Source of the DNA: Psilocybe cubensis
Taxonomy: Eukaryota
NCBI GenBank assembly: GCA_017499595.2
Contig: CM038999.1
Coordinates: 1,054,001-1,118,000, forward strand
DNA length: 64,000 bases
Reading direction: 5' to 3'
Shown here: piece by piece, positions 1-10,857 of the stretch
Numbering within the stretch: the stretch's first letter is position 1
How the letters are laid out: each line of letters begins with the position of its first letter
The notes under the pieces: model-generated
What the model saw: the letters and a program-made list of their open reading frames with translations, nothing else
Database searches by the model: none
Told to the model about the DNA's origin: nothing
Made by a program: the position numbers and the translations under genes

Positions 1-1017
1 TTCCCAACGTAAGAGACCGTCTGATGCGACGTTCTTTTCTCTTCTTTTCGAATAACTTACATTTTTAAATAGTCTCACGGCAACCCTTGGCTTCAGCACA
101 ACTGCCACCTTACTACTAGCTGCGTATGTCCATTTATATGGTATATATAGGTAATGTTACTGATTGGTTTCTAGTCCTCCGTGGATTGTCGCATCTGTGA
201 TATGCTGTTTGAATGCCTGGCATGCTGGTACATCTGGTTTTCTGGGACACCATAAAGTTTATTAATAAAGATCCTATCTTGCAGATAAAACTGGAGAGCG
301 CTTCTTCCATATTGCAGGCTGGTGGTGGGGTGTTATTGTTGGTTTTATCATTGCCTTGTCTACCATGTCCATTGCTGCGCGCTACATTTCTCTGTTCTTC
401 ATGGCCTGTGGCTATGTAGGTATGTTGCCTTTCAGGTTATCAATATTTTATCAGGTATCTTGAGCAAAGTCGAATCCAGGTTTTGCAATGACCTTAGTCT
501 GGGTGTCCAATGCTGTACCCCGACCTCCTGCGTAAGTTTTGTATATCTTCTTTTTGTTATAAGTTTTGGCCGACGCACCGCATTTACACAGGAAAAGAGC
601 AGCTGCTATTGGAATCGTCAATGGATGTGGGAACATTGGTAATGTGTAAGTTGATTTCTCAGGGTACTGGACCTCAGTTCAACGCAATACCTGTAGCATG
701 GGATCATACACCTGGAAAGCTGCTTGGAGCCCGAAATATCACCAGTCGATGGCGATATCTCTTGGTGCACTTGTAATCAGCACCTTACTCTCATTAGGTT
801 TGCATAGTATTTATTTTCTCTGTGAATTGTGCTTACACGCATTGCCACGACAGTGATCCGGCAGATGCTCGTGCGAGAGAACAAGAAGCTTGATGCAGAT
901 GAGAAGGCTTTCATGTTAGGCACAGATCGCACTCGTGTCGAGGAAGCCGCGAAGCTCGAAGGCCTAACATTTGAACAAGCCATGGAAAGAAGAAAGGGAT
1001 TCCGTTATTTGTACTGA
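1..1017 (+). CDS. MFS transporter, allantoate/nicotinate permease (DAL5/TNA1-like) family, 3' part, multi-exon
   Basis: Spliced translation gives ...LGFSTTATLLLAAPPWIVA...DKTGERFFH...WVSNAVPRPPAKRAAAIGIVNGCGNIG...; C-terminus RRKGFRYLY* is typical of this family; the 5' end lies outside the window. Confidence 0.85.
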
Positions 1018-1156
1018 TATATTTCGGGTGAATGACGTCTGTGAAATCTGCTGTGTATGTTGTATAATCATTTATAAGAATAATGAACTATAAGCAAAAG
1101 GCTTATTTCCAAGAAATACATTCATTTCTTATCGTTAGGCGTTAACTTCGTGGGTA

Positions 1157-2396
1157 CTAAAACTTGACAAATTTGCCTTCCTTTTTCTGGCGCCGTTGGG
1201 ACCAGAGGAGATAGATGACGGCCATGATGGCCAGAAACGCGATGGACGATGTAACAGTCAGACCCGCGATGACAGATTTTGGTATATCGCTATACAGGAA
1301 GGAGGAGTTCAACAACTATTTAACAGAATTGAAACGTTTGCACATACTGTGAGGCTTCAGCTAGACTGAGAGGTGGTGACTGGATCTCGGCCGCGAAGGA
1401 ACTTAGAGGAATAAAAAATCAACATCATGTATCACGCAATCAAGGACATAAACACACTTTTGTTCATGGGCACCCAGGGACGGAGTGGAGTACAGGTTGG
1501 CAAAATCTACTGCAAAATCTCCAGTTGTGCCATTGGTTCCAGCGAATTTCAATTTCAATGTGTGGGTTCCACGTCCCAGGTTAGACGCGTAGTAAAGAAC
1601 CTGATGGGGTCTGACAGATGCTTTGCGCGCTGAGAAGGGGAAGAAGGGGCCATTGTCAACGGAAACAAGATACGAGGACACGCTGGTGGGTGTGACTGTT
1701 CCGTAAAGGAGGATAACATCGCCTTTGAATTTGTATTGAAGAGAAGCATTTGGATCATTCGTGATACTGATCTCGAGTAAATGAATGAGTAAAACAATTG
1801 TCGTAAGTGAAATTGCTTATAACTTACGTTCCAGTGCTCCCTGAGAAGGTTCCTGGCCTTGGAGACTGTCTCCACGACGAAGCCGGGAAGTAGGTGAAGG
1901 AGGGATCGTTGTCCTGGAAAGTGGCAGTGAGCAAAGGCTCATTGGTTTTTCCACTGTTTCCCTCAAAATACAACTACATTCAAAACATGTGAATTATTAG
2001 TCAAACTGGAGTCAGAAAGAAGCATACGTAGTCGATGTCGAAGGTTGTGTTACCAAGGTTAGTCAAGGTAACATTGTGAAGTCCGTCGTGCAAAGTCGTG
2101 TTGAACAAGGTCTGGTTGAAGAGAGGCACGTCCGAATTCGCATTAAGAGTCGGGAATACGTGATCGTCGACCTTGACCGAGTATGCGCCATAGCCTGGGC
2201 GTTTTGCACCGTAAATGCCAACGAAGGTCCCGTTGAAGCGGAAATTCAACGTTGCTCCCGGTGTTTTAGTGAAGGTGTACGTCGCCTGAGCATACTTGTC
2301 AAGAAGCGGGTCATTCGCTGAGGATCCACCTTGCCATCCATTGGAGTACACGAGAGGAGGGCTAGTGTCCTTGAACAATTGCGCGAATCTGGGCAT
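1157..2396 (-). CDS. Agaricomycete single-pass membrane protein with tandem beta-sandwich (galactose-binding-like) extracellular domains, paralog 1
   Basis: MPRFAQLFKDTSPPLVYSNGW...FNGTFVGIYG...YSVKVD...FDIDY; second domain YLVSVDNG...QVLYYASNLGRGTHTL...FAVDFA; TM SVIAGLTVTSSIAFLAIMAVIYLLW followed by basic QRRQKK; stop at 1157-1159. Confidence 0.75.
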
Positions 2397-2933
2397 CTCG
2401 ACTCAGTACGTTAGAACGCAAGAAAAGGTGGGCGATCCGACTGCACCTCCCAGTCCATGTTGACCCTTTTATCTGTCAGATAAACGCCAACCAAATCTTC
2501 ACCCTGGGTGGGTGAGCGGAAATACATGATGGCAGTTGATGTTACAACATGTTGAACCGCTGTCAAATTAGTCAAGCACGGCCCCACGCTATCATTTTAA
2601 AACCGTAGACTTTCTGAAGGAGTTATATTTCATCACTGCGATTGGATATGAAGTCCATGAGAATAAGCTGGATAAACATCTGGAAGCGATTAAATGTGGG
2701 TCTTTGGTATAGAGATGGAAACATACTAGCACAAACTTGTTCACAAAAATTAGGAATGACAGTGTATGGTATCAGTAGTGTAGTGATAGCAGTTTGGTTA
2801 TGTACACTTATTATAATAATAGGTAGAAGGTGTCCTCGAAGGTATATAAGTTAATCGGAGGTTAGGCGTGGGGGTTATAACGAACATTGCCTATAGGGGT
2901 GCGCTACCCGGATCCACCCCGAGGCCGAGCTCT

Positions 2934-5074
2934 CTACAGGTGCTTGACAGTGACCTTGGAAAATTCCCGGACTTGTTCAGGTGTGAGAGTCGAGAGTTCG
3001 TCGATCAATGCTGGGAGGAATGAACCAGGTCCCTTTACATCGTGTCTCTTGGCGGCAAGTTCAGCGGCAACCGTCAATACAAGTACACTGGTACATGGAC
3101 CGTTAGATGATTAACAGACGCGAAAACAATGAAGGTGCATACCCTGCAATGGCTGCGGTGAACATATCTCCACGGAACATACCGCCATTGTCGGTATTGG
3201 TGTCCGTTTGCGACGAGGCAGCGCAATAACTGGCGATGATGCTACCCAGAATACATCCAGAGCCAGTGATGCGTTCGAGCAATTCGTGTCCATTCTCAAG
3301 ACATACGGTCGAGATTCCGTCCGAGATGTAGTCAACAGGGCCAGTGAGGACAACAACGCATCCTAAGAGCAAAATTCTTCAGAACATAAATGTATAAAAG
3401 TAACCGCAATCCTTACGTTCTCTCTTAGCGAGGTTTCTCACAAATTCAGCGGGATTTTTGAAGCCTGACCCCACACTGTCGACACCCTTTGATTCAACCT
3501 GTCGAACAAGAAGTCAATAATAACATAATTTCGAAGAACCATCGATTAACCTCATCCGTGCCTGCCAGGGCAGCGAGTTCACCAGCATTACCCTTAATGA
3601 CACTGGCCTGCCATTTGTTCAACAAACCTGCATCACGCGTACGTGCATCAGTGTAGCACTACACCAGCCAAGTAACTTAGCCACCAACCTTTCACGGTGT
3701 TTTTCCTGAAGTTGCTTGCGCCAACTCCAACGGGATCAAAAACAATGGGCTTCTTCAAAACATTTGCAGAAGTGCCTGCATACAATGAGACGCGGAAGAA
3801 ATACGAGATCCCTGATTTCGATCCCTACCTGCAATCATCATCCCATCCAGGTTCTCGGCCCTCATGGTACCGATGTTAACCAAAAGACCACCGCAGATGC
3901 GGGATAAATCCTCCATTTCCTTGGATTCAGTGGCCATTATGGGGCTGGCACCAATGGCCAAGGTGACATTGGCAGATTGGGTGCTGACAACCGTGTTGGT
4001 TATCTGATTAAGAGGTTATTAGCGTCCACACAAACGCAATATCTGGCCGTTTGATTACGTACTTGGTGAACAAGTGGACGCTCCTTCTTCACTTCATCCA
4101 TAAGCTCTGCGACTCCATTCACAACTGAGTCGACGGTGACGATGTCGGGTCTCCCTCTGTGGCGGAGGCAGTAAAACTTGTGATGACGTTGGAAGTTCAC
4201 AAGAATCTCCTTGAGCTTCTTGGATGCGCATCGTGGGTCTGCAGATGCCATGATATCAGATACCACAGCGACACCATCTAAGGAACGATTCTTGACGGTG
4301 ACACATCCGTGTAATGTTCGGAGCAGGTTAACAGAGTTGATTCCGCCTTCGAGAACGAATTAGAAAGAGACATTTCGCTTAAATACGATAAGCTCACCAA
4401 TAGCAACAGCCTCGATACTGGTTCCTTCGAGTTCAGCAAGCATATCAGCAACTCCATGTATTCCAATAACAGGGTTCGTCAACTTCTTGGTTTTTGTGTC
4501 CCAAACGGCGCCGATGCCAATGTAGTCGACTTTCTGTTTGATGGCACCCTTGACGTGCTCAACAGTGTTGCAGCTCAAGCCGATGATTGCAGTGTGAGGA
4601 AGCAGTTCACGAGCTCGCTTCACTGCCATATCGGATTGCCCGAGATGAACACCATCGGCCTTTGCAGCGAGAGCAACATCCACGCGATCGTTGATCAGAA
4701 GGGGGACGTTGTACTTGTCACAAATAACTTTTGACTTCACGGCCAGTTCGACAAACTGTTCGACCAAATGCCATATCAGTAGGTATTTCAGAAAAGATAA
4801 AGATCTACAACAAACTCACAGCGCTAGTTTCCAGGTCTTTTTCCCGCAGCTGAACAATGGTAACGCCTCCTTGAATTGACTGTGAGAGTCAGAATTACAG
4901 TGAATAAGATATTCAGAAAGGTGTAGTACCTCCTCCAATGTTTGATAGAAGTCCTACAGAAAAATTAGTTGAGAAGTGATTGAAATGTAATGAACAAAGA
5001 AGACGTACCTTGCCAGGAGGCAGGAGATCCCTTCCTGTCACAAGGTAAAGCGTGTAGTCGATGTTCTTCAACAT
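2934..5074 (-). CDS. THI6: Bifunctional thiamine-phosphate synthase / hydroxyethylthiazole kinase
   Basis: IDYTLYLVT, VQLREK, LINDRVDVALA..ADGVHLGQSD (ThiE domain); PLVHQITN, LAIGASPIMA, LLVNIGT, VFDPVGVGA, KGNAGE, ITGSGCILG (ThiM domain); TATA-like element at about 5152-5158. Confidence 0.95.
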
Positions 5075-5256
5075 GTTTTGCGATGTGCGGCGTGCTTCCG
5101 GGGCGTCGAGAGAAAGGGTCCTGTCCTCCTCACCGACGCGAAATGGCGCATTATATAGTGTCGTCTCGACTGTCTCCGGCAAATCTCGGGCTCTGATAAT
5201 TTCAGGAGAATCAGACATGCGAGCTCGCTGGCACTGGACAGGCACTGGTAAAAACA

Positions 5257-6220
5257 ATGTGCGTCGTCGCGGTGCGACGGTCGCTGTTGGGTGTAATTAA
5301 TCATAGGCGTAATCAATAGCACATCGAACAAATAAAGCCAAGCTCATGACTATTTTGACTCCTGACTGAACCAGAACATGGCTCTTCTTTTATCGCAAAT
5401 CTACTTATTGACAGGATTACATACCTCGCTTGAGCAGGGGTGATACCAGGTCCTTGATGCTTGCGCGCTCTACTAACATGCGTCCGAGTCAAGGCGGGAT
5501 TGAAGGAGTGGCGGCCGCCTACGGCGATAAACTCCTTTCGACGGTGAGAAGCATTTGTCATTTGTCATTTGGAAGATCCATTCTTAAAACGGTTGCAGCC
5601 TACGGCATACATACAGGTTGTTCTTTCCTGTACCCGCGATGCAAATCGTGACGTTGACAAAAAACGATTTGCTCTCTGTAGGCAAGGTCGGGTTCCATTT
5701 TCATACACGCGTTCAATGCGTCGAGGAACGTGTCGAATAACAAATAGGACGAGCGGACAAGATGGGCGCTGCTACCGACAGCTACCGGCGCACCGTTTCA
5801 ACGCCAAACCCTGTTGCTTTACGACGCACACCATGCGGTACTCACTGCCTAGGCCGGCTCCGAGGACTGCTGTGTTGTTATACCCATCTTCAGAACATTT
5901 CGATTGGTCCAGCACCTTGCCCTGTGAGTGCCTGTTAGTGTGTACGAGCACAACTGAGCACCATCTACAATCTTACAAGACACGGCTGAGATAGTCTGAA
6001 ATCCGATGGTATGGTAGCTCGTCAAATACTTTCCGGTCTGTAGGGTCGAGGGTCGATCCAGGCTCATGTTCGTGTTGAGGAAATTGACTTCACCAGACTT
6101 TTCGGCCTGCACTAGGCATTTGGTTAAAAAGCGGCATGCCTTTGGACTTTTGCCGACGAAAATACTGTTTGTTTCATTTGCGCAAGGCTCTACCCCCCAC
6201 TTGCATTAAAATTTTGGAAC
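5257..6220 (+). other. Unannotated spliced transcription unit (structured ncRNA or ~87-aa small ORF)
   Basis: Series of GT..AG segments of genome-typical size: 5440-5493 (TACTAAC at 5471), 5544-5598, 5617-5681, 5687-5747, 5838-5893, 5924-5979; several stems; Sm-like AATTTTGG at 6210-6217. Confidence 0.45.
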
Positions 6221-6505
6221 TCATACATGCCTCACTAGGACCATGTACATTACGAAGTCTACCTTGGGCCTATCCGTGCTCAGTTGCACTCCAGCGCCTT
6301 GTATACCTAAATAGAATGATCCACCAAAGAACGTGCCGCGCACTCATGTGGCATATGGTGCATAGTGATTTGAATTTCCCCGTATTCTTGGCCAGGAATT
6401 CTCCAGAATTCTCCAGTGGTAAGCACCTAAATTCTCACAATGATACATATATATTACAAAACGAAATACCCAAAACTGAAGCAAGAAAAACCAAATTACT
6501 TCTTT

Positions 6506-8320
6506 CTAAGTACGACCGTGACCATTATCTCGAGGAGTACCCGGACTAACAGTATACTGCGGCGGCGAGATCGAGATGTCCATATGTTCTTGCGGCACCG
6601 GAACCTCAACAACTTGTTGAATAGCTTGGACTACGGACTCTGACCCGGACGTGCTCGTCGCCGCGCGATAGTGGTTTGCAGCGCCGTGTATGGGCACCTG
6701 CCCCTGGGTCCGTACCGGTGCCGGACTTAGTGAAAACTTACTGTGCTGCTCCCGCTGCGCAGGTTGCAGTGTCAGCGGTTGGGATGATACTTGCGATTCC
6801 GCCGAGTTGAGGCTTGTAGGCTGGGCAGAGGGTAGTGATGTGAATGGAGAGATTGCACTGTTACGTTGAATTTCTTTATCATTTGGATTTGGTATAAGGG
6901 TTGTTCTTGAGCGGCGCAAGAAGAGGATGATGCATGCTACAATTGCTAATGCGGCAACCCCTGCAGAAATGGCGATTCCAATGAAAAGATCCCTGAGAAT
7001 AGTTTAGTCAGAGTCTCAGTCAATGGATATATAGATTACATGAGTACCTCTTATCAGCGTTTGTGGCAGGTCCTCCCGTGCTGGTAGGGTCTGGTGCATT
7101 AACCCCAGGATCGCCACTAGCAAAACTGCAAGCCATTACATCAATCCAATCGTCACAAGGAATTCGATGCTTACCTTCCACCAAGCGAGGGCGTTGTATA
7201 AACAGTTGCAAAGTCAATTGCAAACTCGCCCGATGTCGATGATCCTGGCAGCTGTATCTGTAGCATATGCTGCCCAACGCCGAGATTAAAAGCATAGAAC
7301 AGAATTTGCTGGGGTCTGTAGAACTGTCTATTTGCTGAGAATACTGTCGGGTTTCCATTATCCACTTTGACAGAATATGCCGTGCAACTGTTCGGACCAA
7401 CAGGCCCATATAAAGCAACCGCATCACCTGAAAAGGACACGGCTTAGAATGATCGGCGCATATCGGGTGTGTCGGTGGATGGGCGCTTACCCTTGGAAAT
7501 GGAATGAGAAAATGGTTGGCTGTTAAGAAACTGGCAATCAACTCAGGAAGAAGTTAATCTTACTGTAAATGTAAAGTTAGCGGATGCCAAAGGGTCTGTA
7601 GTTGCACTGAGATTTGTCAGATTGAATCCAGAAGTCCGAAATTCGTACTCACTGTCCAGTGCCTCCTATGAACGTACCAGCCTTGTCAGGAATTCTCCAA
7701 GATGTAGGTGGTGCATATCTAAAGGAAGAATGCCCATCCTGAAATGTATTCACGATGAGTGTTTCATTCACATTCCCAACACTGGTTTGAAATTCAATCT
7801 ACAAAGTTATGATGAGACAGACGTGTCCTGAAGCAACCTCTAAAATGAACGCACATAGTCCACATCCGTAAATGTGATGTTTTGATTCGATATCCGTATC
7901 TCATGATCTCCCAAAGTCATGTTCGCGCTGAATAACGATTGCTGAAAAAGTTCCGTATACGAAAGGCCATTGAAGGTTTGATAGGGGTTTTTGTCGAGCT
8001 GGACCTTGTACGGTCCATGATACGAACGCTTGGAACCATATATATGAACAGAGCTGCCATAGAAGTCGAGGGATATTGTTGCTCCGTCTGTTTGCGTCAA
8101 CAAATAGCTGCTTTGACTATATCTAAAGATTACCGATATGAAATAGTCAAAGTAATGTTTTATTCATTTAGCCATTGCTGAAGCTGAGATAACAAGCAAC
8201 AGTAGAGCATGGTACTCACTGATCGAGCTGGCTGTCTCCAGAGACACCTGCCCGCCAGTCTGTGGGCGAGAACGCCAGCATCGGGGAAGTGTCTTCGATG
8301 ACCACTGGGAAAGATGGCAT
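6506..8320 (-). CDS. Agaricomycete single-pass membrane protein with tandem beta-sandwich domains, paralog 2
   Basis: MPSFPVVIEDTSPMLAFSPTDW...FYGSSVHIYG...TDVDY; FSGDAVALYGPVGP...YSVKVDNG...QILFYAFNLG...FAIDFA; TM segment LFIGIAISAGVAALAIVACIILFL then RRSR; cytoplasmic SPPQY motif. Confidence 0.75.
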
Positions 8321-9168
8321 CACCAACAACAGTTGGAGGAGGAAGGATGGAATTGGAAGTCATTGCTAGATGCAGTTTGGATAGTAATATGTTATCCTTG
8401 TTCCGATATCTCGGGCCCGCTAGTACTTCGCAGGTGCACTTCGATACGTCCCTTCTAAGTTTGATCGCCTGCACATACATTTTGTGAGAGTGACGATTCA
8501 ATCAAATGCCGAGGGAGATTGATGCTAGTCCACGTTACGATCGCCATTAGGTCTAGTATTCCCTGTCATCATTCTCTGAAATAAGAAAAACAAGGGGCCA
8601 AGAATTCACTCCGGAGGAAATTCTTTGCACAAGGTCATGTTCGAAAGCCTTTCGCTCTGTCCGACGTTCCGAGCGCTTTTGTCATATCAAAATTGGACTA
8701 TTTTTAGCAGTTCATTGAAGTTACTGAATTGATTGAGCGTTGGGCTAGCCACGAACAGATGGTTGTGACGTAAAACCATTGGTGGCTGAACTGAGGCTTG
8801 TCCGTGCTCTGAGAAACAGGGAAACATACCTCAAATTAGCTTTAACTGGGTCCAAAGAACGATGAGAGGTGTAGCAGCAGAAATGGTCGCCTTCGCGCGC
8901 AGTGCAACCGTCGGTATGCACACCTGTGACCTGATGCATGAAGATTATAAGATCAAAGAATAGTTTAGCTGACTCACGGCATTTTGGGGGACTAGTCTGA
9001 CAAGTGTCAAGCAAGGAAATCTTAGCGTCCAAAGTTGGGGAGAAGAATTTTGTGGTCGACCTTCAGAATGAATTAAGAGCTTAAATTTCGATCGTAGACT
9101 GTTCGAGTTTGAGTTATAATAACTGACAGCAAGATTCCAAAAGGACACAAAGATATATGTATTCGAAA

Positions 9169-10355
9169 TCATGGCCAATTAGCGATTTCAATCCCAAACC
9201 ATGCAGGTATTTTATGCCACATATCTTCGCGGGCAGCATCTACTGCAGCAGTAAACTCCAAGCGGCAAGGTTCACATGCACGATGGAGAAGGCTGAGCCT
9301 GCCACTTCCGTTCGTCGAATCTGATCTTGTCTGCATGAGATCTGCATCCATGATTGCAAAGAGCGGGTCCGAACTGCGGTGGAATACGACCCCGTTGACG
9401 TCGCGCAGGATCTCAAACGTCGTCGCCTCGAACGTGGCTTGGCATATGCGCTTGCGGAAGGGGTCGGGATCGTTCCGGTGCACGCATCCTGCAGACGCGT
9501 CCCGCCCTTCGAGCTCGTTGACTACGAAGGTGGAGAGGAAGCGTGACGCGTGTTCACGTCCGCGGAGGGCGTTCATCAGGTCTTCGTCGGAGAGAATTTG
9601 GAGTTCCGAGCGGTCGGACCCGCCCGGAGGAAGGTAGCCAGTGGCAATTTCACTGGCTGCGCACCGAGAGAGGTCATAGAAAGCTGATGGTAAGAGCTCT
9701 GTTGCTCCTGTTTCTTTGGCCAGATTTATGACAAGTCTGCGTAATTGGAATGTAAATGGTGACGGACAGACAATAATGACACCTACATCGGATGAGGGTA
9801 TACGGCGCGCGGTTTGTAGATGCCTGTAACATCTGTGGCATCCGCCTCGCGAAATTCCCAAGCTGAGAGTGTCTTTGGCCATATTGCAGACATACCGCGT
9901 AAGATATCGTTCCGTATATGCTCCACCGCGTATTTTGTTGACAGTCGTAACAGAGCAGAAACGTTTTCAAAGTCCAGGTGATCATGTTTAATTCCAGAAC
10001 TGAGAGGATTTAACGAGAGACTCTTAGAATAAAAGTGATTAATGACATACACTCCATCATAGAGAGCCATGAGAAAGCGGCAGAGATCTTTAGGCTGTTC
10101 GTCGAGCTCCAACACAGAGTTGCCTTCAATCAAGCACGGGTGTCTGTCCTCGGCATCTAAAGCATTGATAGCTTCCTCCAACACAGTGGAATGACGGCAG
10201 AGGAGACCTCGATGGACATTGAAGTAAAAGTCGCCAGCCACCAGAACTATATTGCCATCACTGAACCACAAGTCTGGGTGACGAGTGGGTAAGGACGAAG
10301 AAGCATCAGGACGCAATGCACTCTCTGCGTGTCGATTGGTGCTGAAGTCGTCCAT
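9169..10355 (-). CDS. BTB/POZ domain protein (Agaricomycete-expanded family); an extra 5' exon is possible
   Basis: RHPDLWFSDGNIVLVAGDFYFNVHRGLLCRHS...LLRLSTKY...LLPSAFYDLSR; ends IPAWFGIEIANWP*. Confidence 0.85.
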
Positions 10356-10857
10356 GGATGAGAACTGAAAAGAAATCAGTTGGGTGAAGAAATATATATC
10401 GCTTGCCACTGGTGGCTGACCCGATATTTCCACAGAAAGGAGATCGGACTTGGACTACGATCTTTCTGAGCATTCCACTATCTTTCTGGTGTATGCCCAT
10501 GGTCAACATATGAGGCACCCAAACAGGCCAAAGTAGGGGCATTCAAATTTCGGGGCACCTTGGAATAAACACTGTGCTCCAAATTTGCCACTAGAGAATG
10601 AAAAGTCAGTCAATAGATAGTCACTGTTATTATATATCATCTTACTCGTTCATCACCCCCTAAGCTGTAGACATTCGCGATGAATGCTCGTGAAAGTCCG
10701 GTGACGGTTGAAGGAAGGGGATGAGGCCGGCATAGTATGGCCGTATCGTGAGAAAGAAACGCGTCGCTTTTTTTGCAGCTTCCCCAACCTCAACCATAAC
10801 TCCAGCTCATAACCCAACTTGAACCCCAAACCCCTTCCACCCCCTCCAAAAACAAAA

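Noticed and set aside
5984-6000. CTGAGA near a thiamine gene, suggesting a TPP riboswitch
   Set aside because: The rest of the aptamer (AUAC, GAACUUGAU..GG.UAAU.CC.GCG) is absent, and it lies on the strand opposite THI6
5988-6105. Minus-strand GAAAAGUCUGG / UUCAGACUAU resembling RNase P CR-I/CR-V
   Set aside because: Only about 105 nt apart, and no P1-P3 or CR-II/III/IV elements were identifiable
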